From: a virus
Lineage: Duplodnaviria > Heunggongvirae > Uroviricota > Caudoviricetes
DNA: 64,000 bases
IMG/VR virus record: IMGVR_UViG_3300046006_001304
Strand: one strand, 5' to 3'
Below are positions 29,704-39,055 of this stretch, in pieces; positions within the stretch are counted from its first letter, which is position 1, and each line of letters begins with the position of its first letter. Made by a program: the position numbers and the translations under genes. The notes beneath the pieces are model-generated. The model did no database searches and was not told where the DNA came from. It was given only the letters and a program-made list of their open reading frames with translations.

Positions 29704-30294
29704 TTACGGGCGTTTTGTTATGATTTCGTCAATCAAACCGTATTCTAGGGCCTCTTGCGCACTCATAAATTTATCACGTTCCATATCGTTTTTAAAGTCT
29801 TCAAAAGTTTTACCCTTTGAATTATGGTTAACGTAGATTTGAGTTAGATTCTTTTTCATTTTAAGAATCTCTTCAACTTGGATTTCCATGTCAGTAGCTT
29901 GCCCACCAGCACCGCCACTTGGTTGGTGAATCATGTGTCGGGCGCTTGGTAGCATTTTACGCTTACCAGACGCACCAGCAGTAGCTAGCAAACTTCCCAT
30001 ACTACAGGCTTGACCCATAACAACGGTGCTAACGTCAGGCTTAATGAATTGCATAGTATCGTAAATAGCCATACCAGCGGTGACCATTCCACCAGGACTA
30101 TTAATGAACATGGTAATGTCTTCGTTGCCCTGACTCTCTAAAAAGAGCAACTGAGCCACAAGTAAACTAGCAGAATGTTCGTTAACATCTGTATCGAGCA
30201 TAACAATACGATCTTTAAGCAGACGACTGTAAATGTCATAACTGCGTTCTCCGCGAGCTTCTTGCTCAATAACCATTGGTACTAAATTAGGCAT
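29704..30294 (-). CDS. clpP: ATP-dependent Clp protease proteolytic subunit ClpP
   Basis: 196 aa. Catalytic Ser in GQACSMGS, His in MIHQP, plus ClpP-wide blocks (RIVML, INSPGG). Confidence 0.85.
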   Translation of the reverse strand: MPNLVPMVIEQEARGERSYDIYSRLLKDRIVMLDTDVNEHSASLLVAQLLFLESQGNEDITMFINSPGGMVTAGMAIYDTMQFIKPDVSTVVMGQACSMGSLLATAGASGKRKMLPSARHMIHQPSGGAGGQATDMEIQVEEILKMKKNLTQIYVNHNSKGKTFEDFKNDMERDKFMSAQEALEYGLIDEIITKRP

Positions 30295-30433
30295 CTTTTT
30301 CCTTTTCTTTATTTTCAGTTTCTTCTAATTTTGGGAAGCACATCTTTTCACCATCCCAACGCTGACCGCACCAACACTCGCCATCAAGATTAATGATACA
30401 AGAACCGTTGCCGCAACAGCGTTGATCTTCCAT
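30287..30433 (-). CDS. Small Cys-rich protein (~48 aa, [33 protein letters not shown]...), stop overlaps clpP start
   Basis: Hand-translated. Below the ORF-track size cut-off. Seven Cys in 33 residues. Confidence 0.35.
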   Translation of the reverse strand: MEDQRCCGNGSCIINLDGECWCGQRWDGEKMCFPKLEETENKEKEKDA

Positions 30434-30434
30434 T

Positions 30435-31235
30435 TTATTTTCCGTTAGTTTGTACAGTGGGTGTTACAACGCCGTTGATAACTAGTGTTTGACCTTTAAA
30501 GTTGGCAATAGCATCTGGCAACTTACGCATGGCTTCTGCTTGTGCTTCGGCCATCAGCAATGGAATAGCCATTGGGTTGGCCTGCATACTTTCATTACGC
30601 TTACGTGCCGTAGCCACTTTGACTTCTTCTGTCTTATATTCATTCTTGGCTTTGACCAATTCGTTAGCACTTAGCACAACAGAGTCTGCTGGAATAATGC
30701 TACGAATTAATACTTGTGTAATAGAGATAGTACCGTCCAACTTTTCATCAGCCAAGGTCTTAACCACAGTTTCACGGATCTCTTGTTCCATTGCTGTGCG
30801 GTTATCGCCCATGTCCAATGCTTCGTACTTGCGAGCGGCCTTGTAGGTTGCGTTACGTGCGGCATTGAAGATGTAGTTATACATCAAATAGGTATCGCCG
30901 TTATGAACAGCGTGGAAACTTTTGTTCTTGCTATTGTAGATCTCAGCAACTTGAGCTTGATTGATGTTATAGATAACAGTCAAGTCAAAGTCTTTCATTG
31001 TTGAATTATCTTTAGCCTGCGGAGTAATGTCGTCAACTTTGACGGCAACTTCTTTGATTGGGAATGTCATAACACTACCGATGATAACTTGATTAAAAGA
31101 TCCAGGAAGCAATTCACCGGTACTAACCTGTTTGTCAAAACCAACACGGAGACCAACCTCACCAGTTTCAATACGTGTACAACCTGTTGCCAACACAGCC
31201 GCGGCAAGAACGGAGAGAGTCAAAATACGTTTCAT
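30435..31235 (-). CDS. SPFH/band-7 (prohibitin-like) domain lipoprotein
   Basis: Lipobox LATGC at residues 16-20; SPFH-like core follows. Confidence 0.55.
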   Translation of the reverse strand: MKRILTLSVLAAAVLATGCTRIETGEVGLRVGFDKQVSTGELLPGSFNQVIIGSVMTFPIKEVAVKVDDITPQAKDNSTMKDFDLTVIYNINQAQVAEIYNSKNKSFHAVHNGDTYLMYNYIFNAARNATYKAARKYEALDMGDNRTAMEQEIRETVVKTLADEKLDGTISITQVLIRSIIPADSVVLSANELVKAKNEYKTEEVKVATARKRNESMQANPMAIPLLMAEAQAEAMRKLPDAIANFKGQTLVINGVVTPTVQTNGK

Positions 31236-31243
31236 GTGATACC

Positions 31244-31420
31244 TTAAAATAAAATAACAATTATAGTCATTACTAGAACAGCTAGTAATGCGACAAGTAT
31301 ACTATACGTTATGGACTTTGTCAATGCCCAACGCTCTTTACCATCAAATTGTCTAATAGTAGTAATACTAAAGTGAATAAGATACGCAAAGATAGCAAAA
31401 ACTAACAGTTGGAGAATCAT
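31244..31420 (-). CDS. Small two-helix membrane protein (~58 aa)
   Basis: Hand-translated MILQLLVFAIFAYLIHF...LVALLAVLVMTIIVILF; fills an intergenic gap. Confidence 0.3.
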   Translation of the reverse strand: MILQLLVFAIFAYLIHFSITTIRQFDGKERWALTKSITYSILVALLAVLVMTIIVILF

Positions 31421-31839
31421 TTTGATCCTAATAGATTCATCATTGTACGAGCATGTACACGATCTTTTTCTTTTTCATCTTCGGGCAACTCGTCATACGG
31501 TACGTGTTGCGCTGCATTGTAGTCAGCCTTGGGATTACGTTCCATCCATTTAATATGAATGTATTCAGAAGCCTTTTCAATATCATTGGGGAATTTCTTT
31601 ACAGCGTGTTCTGCAGCCTGGCCGGCAGCAAGATTTTCCTTTTGCCAATCCGGGTGTAGTTTATCAAATGGTACGTTAATGTCCCCTTCTGTGCCATCCC
31701 CGTTTTTCTTAATACGTGGTTTAGTTCCAGTCGGGTCAAAGTTTTGACGCCATTCTTCATGTGCCGCACTGGCAAATCGCTGTACAGCATTTTCAGCGAT
31801 CATTGCTGATTCTACAATATTCATAAATTCTTTAATCAT
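31417..31839 (-). CDS. Hypothetical protein (140 aa)
   Basis: ORF with 4-nt overlap to downstream gene. Confidence 0.45.
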   Translation of the reverse strand: MIKEFMNIVESAMIAENAVQRFASAAHEEWRQNFDPTGTKPRIKKNGDGTEGDINVPFDKLHPDWQKENLAAGQAAEHAVKKFPNDIEKASEYIHIKWMERNPKADYNAAQHVPYDELPEDEKEKDRVHARTMMNLLGSK

Positions 31840-31841
31840 AA

Positions 31842-32393
31842 TCAGTCCAATTCTTTAAATGCTTCCGGAGCACGTCGAGCTACTTGTTCTTGTAGACGAG
31901 CAGATTCTTTAGCTTTCTTTAATATGTTAGCATCGCCAGTTGGCAGTACTACTAGCACGTATGCACGGAATTGAGTACCCTGAGAAACAATTTTCTTTTC
32001 TTGTACTTCAACACCAGTTAAATCAACTTCCTTACAACTTGTACGCAAGACCATTTCGCTTAACTCTGAGCTAGCATCTGCGGTGTCTGCTTTGTAGATC
32101 TTTGTACGTTGACTAACAGTGCCACCGGCGGCCATACAGATCTTTCCGTATGCGTCGGCTTTGGCTTTGATAAATGCCATTGAGTAATCACCACTAGCAC
32201 TAGTACCAGCCGCATAAACAGCTGAGTTACTAACTGGACTTTGAGTCATCCATTTAGGCGCCTTATCAATCGCACGTTCAACCATACGTTCTCTATGTTC
32301 ACGTTCGTTATTAGCACGTTTCTGATATGGGTCACTAGTACCACATGCGGCAAGTAAAGCAACAACAGGTAACAACAATAAAGTCTTTTTCAT
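31842..32393 (-). CDS. Lipoprotein (signal peptide + lipobox LLAAC)
   Basis: N-terminal MKKTLLLLPVVALLAACGTS. Track start at 32405 is a GTG; the ATG at 32393 is preferred. Confidence 0.5.
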   Translation of the reverse strand: MKKTLLLLPVVALLAACGTSDPYQKRANNEREHRERMVERAIDKAPKWMTQSPVSNSAVYAAGTSASGDYSMAFIKAKADAYGKICMAAGGTVSQRTKIYKADTADASSELSEMVLRTSCKEVDLTGVEVQEKKIVSQGTQFRAYVLVVLPTGDANILKKAKESARLQEQVARRAPEAFKELD

Positions 32394-32394
32394 T

Positions 32395-32517
32395 TTATTT
32401 TCCACTCATTTTATCTTTTGTCCAATCTGCGGACGATTTAATATCTTGCCCAACACCGGCTACGGTGCTACAAGCGGCAAGTGCCATTACAACAAGTAAT
32501 ACTGAAAAAGTTTTCAT
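32395..32517 (-). CDS. Entericidin-like small lipoprotein (40 aa)
   Basis: Hand-translated MKTFSVLLVVMALAACSTVAGVGQDIKSSADWTKDKMSGK. The lipobox plus GVGxDI motif parallel EcnA/EcnB. Confidence 0.45.
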   Translation of the reverse strand: MKTFSVLLVVMALAACSTVAGVGQDIKSSADWTKDKMSGK

Positions 32518-32642
32518 TTTGCCATCTCCTGACTGTGTGTTTTAACTGTGTCCACGCCTTTGTCCATAATTCGAGCAATGCCAGAAAATCCAACAGTTGC
32601 TAGGACTAGTCCAAAAACTGTGCCTAAAATAAATGCCTTCAT
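32514..32642 (-). CDS. Small single-TM protein (42 aa) overlapping entericidin-like gene by ATGA
   Basis: Hand-translated MKAFILGTVFGLVLATVGFSGIARIMDKGVDTVKTHSQEMAK. Confidence 0.35.
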   Translation of the reverse strand: MKAFILGTVFGLVLATVGFSGIARIMDKGVDTVKTHSQEMAK

Positions 32643-32710
32643 AAAAGCCTCTCTGTGTGTTAATATGTGTATAGTATACTTGATTGGTTAGTAGTTGTCA
32701 ATACTCAATC

Positions 32711-33256
32711 TTACCATTTGTCTACAACTAGCCAATTTGTGTTACTATTATCAATTTGGCAAATCACTCCGTGGTATACAGCTAGCGTTCCTTTAAAGTC
32801 ATTCCGTTCTGTAAACATACGGCATCGAGCATTGTTGTGTGTAAAGTATTTGTCTATTTTGGATTTACCAACTTCAGTTTCCAAAATGTGATCACCCTTC
32901 TTGATCTTTTGGATTGTAGTAGTACCCTCTTTACATATAGTAACAGCTTCGGTACTAAACTTCCCACCCAAATCTAAAAGCAAATTCTTACGGGCACGTT
33001 CTCGAGCATAGTAACACAAACTTTCTTCTTGTTCCATGCCCGTTTCAGTTTCTTGTAAACGATGCGTTACACCGTTAACTGTAATGTTAAATGTAACTAC
33101 GCATTTACCGTACGTCTTAACTTTTACTAGATCAGTAATTGGCCCCACTTCTCTTTCGTTAGTCAGTTGGCTAGCTGATCGAACTTTACATTCGTCTGAA
33201 TATACAGGGCTTATGATTAAAAAGGTCAGCGTCAGAATTAAAATAATATGTTTCAT
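32711..33256 (-). CDS. Secreted protein with N-terminal signal peptide (181 aa)
   Basis: MKHIILILTLTFLIISPVYS then a Cys-containing mature part. Confidence 0.5.
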   Translation of the reverse strand: MKHIILILTLTFLIISPVYSDECKVRSASQLTNEREVGPITDLVKVKTYGKCVVTFNITVNGVTHRLQETETGMEQEESLCYYARERARKNLLLDLGGKFSTEAVTICKEGTTTIQKIKKGDHILETEVGKSKIDKYFTHNNARCRMFTERNDFKGTLAVYHGVICQIDNSNTNWLVVDKW

Positions 33257-33513
33257 GATTGTTCACACCTGTAGGCATACCACCAAATACTTGCTTTTAA
33301 GCGACTGTTGTAAGCACGGTCTGCCGGATTTAACTTATCAGGATCTTGGTCAAAGTTTTTAATTCGCTGTATCTCTTTAAGCTCACGAAGTTGTGAGTTA
33401 GCTTTGGCACATTGACTAGGGTAGCTAACTAGCTCGTTGTAAGTCAGTACCCTTGACGAGGTTTCGTTACAACCAACTAGTAATAGTACTAGAACAAGCA
33501 GAGAAGATTTCAT
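33253..33513 (-). CDS. Small lipoprotein (86 aa, lipobox LLLVGC)
   Basis: MKSSLLVLVLLLVGCNETSS. Confidence 0.5.
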   Translation of the reverse strand: MKSSLLVLVLLLVGCNETSSRVLTYNELVSYPSQCAKANSQLRELKEIQRIKNFDQDPDKLNPADRAYNSRLKASIWWYAYRCEQS

Positions 33514-33935
33514 TTATATTTGTCATCTAATTCTACGTTGGTAAGACTTGCGACCGTTTGAAACTTGGCCCAAGCGGCTTTGGCGGCTGGATTGTTTTCC
33601 AACTCACTGTTAGGTAATACTGCTTCTAGCCAAATTTCTGGGCGCCGTTGTGGATGTGCGCCAAACTTACGGGGCTGATGCATTTTACCATCATCATAGA
33701 GCATACTGCTCACACTACGGAATTTGTCCTCGTGGTCCTTGTTGGTCAAATCGTATTTGGACCATTCTGGATTACTCATACCACCTAGTGTGTATCCTTG
33801 CCAAATTCCTGCCCATTGCTCGTCATCATGCGGATCAAAATCTGTTCGAGTAATTAGTACTAAGACATCCTCAACGTCCACACGGCCTTCGACAATATCC
33901 AAAATGCAACGGCTATAGCTCAGTCCAATTTTCAT
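33510..33935 (-). CDS. Hypothetical protein (141 aa)
   Basis: Translationally coupled ORF. Confidence 0.5.
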   Translation of the reverse strand: MKIGLSYSRCILDIVEGRVDVEDVLVLITRTDFDPHDDEQWAGIWQGYTLGGMSNPEWSKYDLTNKDHEDKFRSVSSMLYDDGKMHQPRKFGAHPQRRPEIWLEAVLPNSELENNPAAKAAWAKFQTVASLTNVELDDKYK

Positions 33936-34339
33936 ACAATTACACTCTCAGTTTTATGGGTTCTAAAAACATTTTGGCCACAACGCCTAACAGCATCTGC
34001 CAATTCCTGTGGTTGCTCTTTAGCATACTCGTTTAACTCGTCTAAACTAATCTCACTTTCGAATGCCCAAATTTCGGGAAATCTCTGCGGATTAGCTTGT
34101 GCTCTTATTATAGCATGTCTGGGTATAGGGAAGTCAACCTTCTCGTCACCTTTTAATACTGCCCACATTTTCTTTTTTTCGTAATCGGTTACATTAAAGA
34201 TCCATTCAAACCCCAATGTATCAAAATATGCCATGTAAGCTGACATGTTAACCCCTTGTGCTTGTTTTGGTTTTACTAATAGTAGGACCATTACTGATAA
34301 AGTCCATACCTGCCATGTGTCCTTCGTACACTCGGCCAT
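33932..34339 (-). CDS. Hypothetical protein (135 aa)
   Basis: Translationally coupled ORF. Confidence 0.45.
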   Translation of the reverse strand: MAECTKDTWQVWTLSVMVLLLVKPKQAQGVNMSAYMAYFDTLGFEWIFNVTDYEKKKMWAVLKGDEKVDFPIPRHAIIRAQANPQRFPEIWAFESEISLDELNEYAKEQPQELADAVRRCGQNVFRTHKTESVIV

Positions 34340-34461
34340 TCCACTTCATAGACATTTTAACACTTTTGTTAAGAACAACAGTAAGCATTTCACATTCTTT
34401 AAAATCTTGTACCACTGCTTCAACTAACTTATTACTGGATACTTGCTTGACTTGGCAAGTA

Positions 34462-34791
34462 TCACTGTGCCTCGTTATGGTGTTCATGTTCTTCTCCAAT
34501 AGTTATCATAACACTCTTAATCGAATCCCAACGAAAACTTTTCCAAGCATCTGATTCCAAATCATAAACCGGCATAATGTCTTCGTTTACTTTTTTTTCT
34601 CTTTTAGATTCAAGAATTGATGGATCCTTAAACATAATAAAAGTAGGATTTGTAGTACACTTCATTACTCTTTCAGATCCATCTTTTTTAGTAAAGGTTA
34701 CAGTAACTGGCCCAAATTTAAGATGAGACCTTAGCCATTTTTTAAATAGCTTAAAGTCAGTTTCATTTAAGGTCATCAACATGCCTTTCAA
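34462..34791 (-). CDS. Hypothetical protein (109 aa)
   Basis: ORF co-directional with its neighbours. The overlapping 34248..34499 ORF is uncertain. Confidence 0.4.
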   Translation of the reverse strand: MKGMLMTLNETDFKLFKKWLRSHLKFGPVTVTFTKKDGSERVMKCTTNPTFIMFKDPSILESKREKKVNEDIMPVYDLESDAWKSFRWDSIKSVMITIGEEHEHHNEAQ

Positions 34792-34938
34792 GATCGGTTA
34801 CTCGTTCTTTCAACAACACAATTTGATGTTCTAAATCGTCAACATGATCCGCTACCTTCTTCATAAAGTCAGCAGTGTTACTTCCAGTCAATTTAAGCAT
34901 TTCGCTTACGCTTAATGTTTTAGTTTCTTCACTCATTT

Positions 34939-35790
34939 TTAAATCTCCAAAATTTTAGTAGGATCCCAGCCAGTGTCTTCGCTGTATCCGTCATTTTCGT
35001 AACCACGTGGGTTACATACAACTCTAGTCTCACCGATGACATAATCAAAAGGATGATGGGTATGTCCGTGTGTCCACAACACAATCTGCGGATGATCCAG
35101 AATGAATTCACTCAAGTCACTATGGTAGCCACCGTTCATTAAAGTGTCGCTAGCATAGCTTGGATGACAACTTTGGAAACTAGGACTATGATGCCCAACA
35201 ACAACGCACTTCTTGTCTTTGTGTTCTTGGATAACGTGTTTGATATAGCCTAGTGTCTTGTCGTGACGAACAGCAACATCCAACGCACTCATAGGAGCAT
35301 AGTTCCTTTGATCGTTACGGATGATACGAAAGTCGTTCATCATGTCTTTCATAGCATGCATTGTAAGTGGGTCACGCTTGTTCATGTTGGTCCAAAGGGT
35401 TCCGCCAACAAACACAACATCATCAATAATCTTTGTGTCTTGCTCTAACATATACACGTTAGGATATTTGGCACACTCCTCACGCATGTAGTCGATGCCA
35501 GCATAGAACTTTCCGTGATAGAATTCGTGGTTCCCCATAATGTAAATTACATGTGGGAACTGAAAACTACAACGCTTGAAGAAATCACGGAACCGTTGAA
35601 CACGCTCTTGCTTACGGCTTAGATCCGGAATGGCACCATACATGTTGTAACTGGGCAGTTCTATATGGTCGTGGAGATCCTGGGCAATCATAATATCACC
35701 ACCCAAAATCAATACATCGGCACCTTCATCATTGTTAATAAAACAATCCGAAAATTCCAAATGTAAATCACTAACTAGTTTTATCTTCAT
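34939..35790 (-). CDS. Calcineurin-like metallophosphoesterase
   Basis: MKIKLVSDLHLE...GGDIM...MGNHEF...GHTH order of MPP motifs. Start moved to the internal Met to avoid a 140-nt overlap. Confidence 0.75.
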   Translation of the reverse strand: MKIKLVSDLHLEFSDCFINNDEGADVLILGGDIMIAQDLHDHIELPSYNMYGAIPDLSRKQERVQRFRDFFKRCSFQFPHVIYIMGNHEFYHGKFYAGIDYMREECAKYPNVYMLEQDTKIIDDVVFVGGTLWTNMNKRDPLTMHAMKDMMNDFRIIRNDQRNYAPMSALDVAVRHDKTLGYIKHVIQEHKDKKCVVVGHHSPSFQSCHPSYASDTLMNGGYHSDLSEFILDHPQIVLWTHGHTHHPFDYVIGETRVVCNPRGYENDGYSEDTGWDPTKILEI

Positions 35791-36442
35791 CTTTTTCTTT
35801 CGCAAAGGGCCAAGCCAGCTCGCTTTCGAGTACAAATTGTTTAGCATCATCTTTAGTAAGACGCCCTGCGTTAACTTCTTCAAGGGCGTGACGCAATGCT
35901 TCTTCAACAAAATCGTTAAAGGTCATATCGCGTTCGTGTGCCATCTTCATATATTGTAACAGTTCTTCGTCTGAAAAGTCAACCGGAACTAGTACTCGTG
36001 TATCATAATCCTCGCCTGCCCGAATGGCAAGTGCTTTTTGGAAAAAGTCATCATCTACATCCAAGTCAATATAGTTAACATCATCCCATGCCTGGTTCTC
36101 CAGTACACTTCTATGTTCGGCTTCCTTATGATGCTTTTCAACATTTTTAGGATTAATCATGCGATAGGCACGATCATTAGTATAGTCACACATACTAACT
36201 TCATAAACCTTTTGACTCTTAGTGCTGAACACGATACTAAAGCTATATCCACCTTTGCCGTGAACACCGTTCCAACTGTCTAGTGTATAGCTGTTAGGAC
36301 CGTAACAAGTCCACATATAATCACTGCCCTCAGTGATTTTATAGTCAACCAATTCCATCCATTCTTTCATTGTAATCATTTGAACATCCTTGTATCTAAA
36401 ATTATTGCCGCACCCAGGACTAACCATAATATTCCGGGCCAA
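35771..36442 (-). CDS. Hypothetical acidic protein (223 aa)
   Basis: Long ORF. Confidence 0.5.
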   Translation of the reverse strand: MARNIMVSPGCGNNFRYKDVQMITMKEWMELVDYKITEGSDYMWTCYGPNSYTLDSWNGVHGKGGYSFSIVFSTKSQKVYEVSMCDYTNDRAYRMINPKNVEKHHKEAEHRSVLENQAWDDVNYIDLDVDDDFFQKALAIRAGEDYDTRVLVPVDFSDEELLQYMKMAHERDMTFNDFVEEALRHALEEVNAGRLTKDDAKQFVLESELAWPFAKEKDEDKTS

Positions 36443-36548
36443 ACACTACCACCAACAATTGCGGCAATGCCAGCTCCTAAGTTAACACCGCCGACAGTGT
36501 ATCCAATCGTTTTACGGTTACGACCAAACCATTCAAAAAACTTGTCCA

Positions 36549-37013
36549 TTATTGCTCGTTTCCTTCTTTGAGTAACTTTTTAAATTCGTATTCTTCGTCT
36601 AATTTTTTACGTGCTAGTTCACGTGCTTCTTCACATGGTTCGCAAATAGTACGAATCCATCCGGGCCCATGTGTCTTTGCCGGTGCGCTACATTCTTCAC
36701 AGGTAACGCCACTCATGCTTTCTGCCATACGTACCATACCGCTAATAGTATCATCACCACCTGTGTAATAAAATCTCAGTGTGCCAAACTTTTCTTTAAT
36801 TTGGTCCAACGTTACCTGTGCTACCACTTCTCCTTGACGATTTTTCCAATCAATGTGATGCTGAATATTACCCATAAGTTGATCCAAAATATTGTACCAA
36901 CCATCACCACATTCAAATCCCCAACACATACAAGTTTCCTGCATGTTCTTGTTGCGGTTGACCATCATCTTTGGATACTTCTCGCACAACAACTTATCTA
37001 ATTCTTGTTTCAT
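36549..37013 (-). CDS. Cys-rich hypothetical protein (154 aa)
   Basis: Multiple CxxC-type pairs (CMCWGFEC, CEEC, CEPC). Confidence 0.45.
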   Translation of the reverse strand: MKQELDKLLCEKYPKMMVNRNKNMQETCMCWGFECGDGWYNILDQLMGNIQHHIDWKNRQGEVVAQVTLDQIKEKFGTLRFYYTGGDDTISGMVRMAESMSGVTCEECSAPAKTHGPGWIRTICEPCEEARELARKKLDEEYEFKKLLKEGNEQ

Positions 37014-37236
37014 AATTTTTCCTAGTCGTATGCCACGTTAGGCATTTTCTTTTTACCTTCCCAATGATCTCGTGTTACACATAAACCTTTATGTGTTACA
37101 CGCATAGGGTGATCTAATTTTGGTAATTGTACTCTTACTGCTTCACATTCTTTCTGACTTTTAAATTCCATGATATCCTTGCTCATAAAGTCACCCGCGG
37201 GGCTGTACATAGCAATAATCAAAATCCAACTGTATG

Positions 37237-37929
37237 TCATTGTGCCGCCTTTACATAGTTAAGTCTAGTAATATCGTTACCGTGCTTCCAGTGCTTGGAA
37301 TGTTCTTTTACCTTGGCTTTAACAATAATACACGCACCCACGTTAAGGTTAGTTTTGTTAAGCCACGATGCCATCCTATTGTTAATTATAGCAGAAATAT
37401 TGTAACCTTCAAAGTTTTTTGACTTAACTGATTCAAGTATTTCGCAATCCAAATCTTTAAGTGTGGCACTAACTGCGCCTAAGTAGCCGTCTTCTACACT
37501 TCGTGCGACTTTTTTAATTTTGGTTTGGGCAACGTCTCTAGCATATACGCTAGGCAAACAGGCAATATAACCAAAGTTCTTTGTTTCAATATTTTCTGCA
37601 TTTAGAAAACTATTAACATTTGTTTGGAATTCGTTTTCACCTTCTATGGCGCTAAACATAAATTTTCTAAAATGTCGTTTAATTTCTTCTGCTAGTGTCG
37701 TATCTTCAGGTAACACACGAAGTGGCATCGGAGCATCTTTTGGATCAGCGGTCCAATTAGCAGGAACTATAGTACACAGCATTAACATTTTGTTAGACTG
37801 TTTTGAGTACATATAAGTAAAGTCTGCGGCCAATACTGGGACAGGTTCTTTAAGATATGCGCCATTAACTCGTTGTGCTGCACAAGCTAGCTCTAATACT
37901 TGTTGTGCGGGGAAATCTTTTTTAGACAT
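37237..37929 (-). CDS. Hypothetical protein (230 aa)
   Basis: Long ORF. Confidence 0.45.
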   Translation of the reverse strand: MSKKDFPAQQVLELACAAQRVNGAYLKEPVPVLAADFTYMYSKQSNKMLMLCTIVPANWTADPKDAPMPLRVLPEDTTLAEEIKRHFRKFMFSAIEGENEFQTNVNSFLNAENIETKNFGYIACLPSVYARDVAQTKIKKVARSVEDGYLGAVSATLKDLDCEILESVKSKNFEGYNISAIINNRMASWLNKTNLNVGACIIVKAKVKEHSKHWKHGNDITRLNYVKAAQ

Positions 37930-37965
37930 TGCTCGCTCGCTGGGTGAGTTAATATACTTTGTATT

Positions 37966-38634
37966 TTACACAAATATACAGTCAGTGTCAACCTTCTGTA
38001 AGCGGATATAGATCTTTTTGGCTAGCAATTTTAATATTGGGTGATCTAAAGAATGAAATTGTCCATAATACGCACTTAGACATGGACTAACATATTGATC
38101 GTTGAATTTGAGTTTACATAAACTGTTGAACTTAGTCATGTAGCGTATAGCACGGTACTTGCCCAAACTTCGACACAATTCGATAGCTATGCTTATAGCA
38201 TACGCATCAACTTCATCTGGATCAGCTAGATAATCTTTAAATGGACTTCTATTATGATTTGAGTAAACTTTATGTTTACGTTTAACACTTTGTCTTTGAT
38301 GTTTGTATTCGTGTACAGTAGCATCGAATATTTGTATTAGGAATTCTGTTACTTGCTGTTGATCCCATAGTAACGATTTATTGAAGTTGTGATGTACTAT
38401 TACTTCAATTGGTATTTCATTATTATGATCGTCTTCGGCATCGTAGTACGCATTAACGTAAAATTCTTCTGAGTTGAGTTTTTTATCTCTATCAGATTTT
38501 ATCTTAAGATTAAAATTGTACTCGCGAAACTCGCGACGTAACAATGTCAGTAACTGCTGGAAACTTATGCCTAACTTACTTTTGGCTTTAACTCGATTAC
38601 AAACTAAGCAAACGGTTTCCATAATACTGTTCAT
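37966..38634 (-). CDS. HExxH-motif protein, paralogue of 28917..29645
   Basis: ...TVHEYKHQRQ... block. Confidence 0.45.
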   Translation of the reverse strand: MNSIMETVCLVCNRVKAKSKLGISFQQLLTLLRREFREYNFNLKIKSDRDKKLNSEEFYVNAYYDAEDDHNNEIPIEVIVHHNFNKSLLWDQQQVTEFLIQIFDATVHEYKHQRQSVKRKHKVYSNHNRSPFKDYLADPDEVDAYAISIAIELCRSLGKYRAIRYMTKFNSLCKLKFNDQYVSPCLSAYYGQFHSLDHPILKLLAKKIYIRLQKVDTDCIFV

Positions 38635-38636
38635 AG

Positions 38637-38855
38637 TTACAACCTATAAGTTACTCTACCCTTAGTCAAATCGTATGGACTGACTTCTACTCGCACATTA
38701 TCTCCTAAGATAATTCGAATTTTGTGTTGTTTTAATTTTCCACCCATGTAACACAATAAAGGTTTAGGCATATTTTCTACTTTAACCCTAAACATGTTAC
38801 CTGGTAGTACTTCCTCTACTTCACCAACTAATTCAATAATGTCGTCTTTGGCCAT
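38637..38855 (-). CDS. infA: Translation initiation factor IF-1 homologue
   Basis: 72 aa. MAKDDIIELVGEVEEVLPGNMFRVKVENM...KIRIILGDNVRVEVSPYDLTKGRVTYRL aligns along its whole length with bacterial IF-1 (S1-like OB fold). Confidence 0.8.
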   Translation of the reverse strand: MAKDDIIELVGEVEEVLPGNMFRVKVENMPKPLLCYMGGKLKQHKIRIILGDNVRVEVSPYDLTKGRVTYRL

Positions 38856-39055
38856 TACGGTTTGCTGATGACAATTGCGCCATCTTCAATTTGAATGTTT
38901 AACGTATCACCATTCTTCCACCCATTGCGTTCTAATAGTTCCGGAGGAAGCTTCATTATAACATTATCCGGATCACCGGGGATGTCTTCAAAAATGTCTT
39001 CTACGTTATATATATGTTTTTCCATGCTGTTATTTACCACGTTATTTGTCATCAC
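38855..39055 (-). CDS. Small hypothetical protein (66 aa)
   Basis: ORF abutting infA-like gene. Confidence 0.35.
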   Translation of the reverse strand: MMTNNVVNNSMEKHIYNVEDIFEDIPGDPDNVIMKLPPELLERNGWKNGDTLNIQIEDGAIVISKP

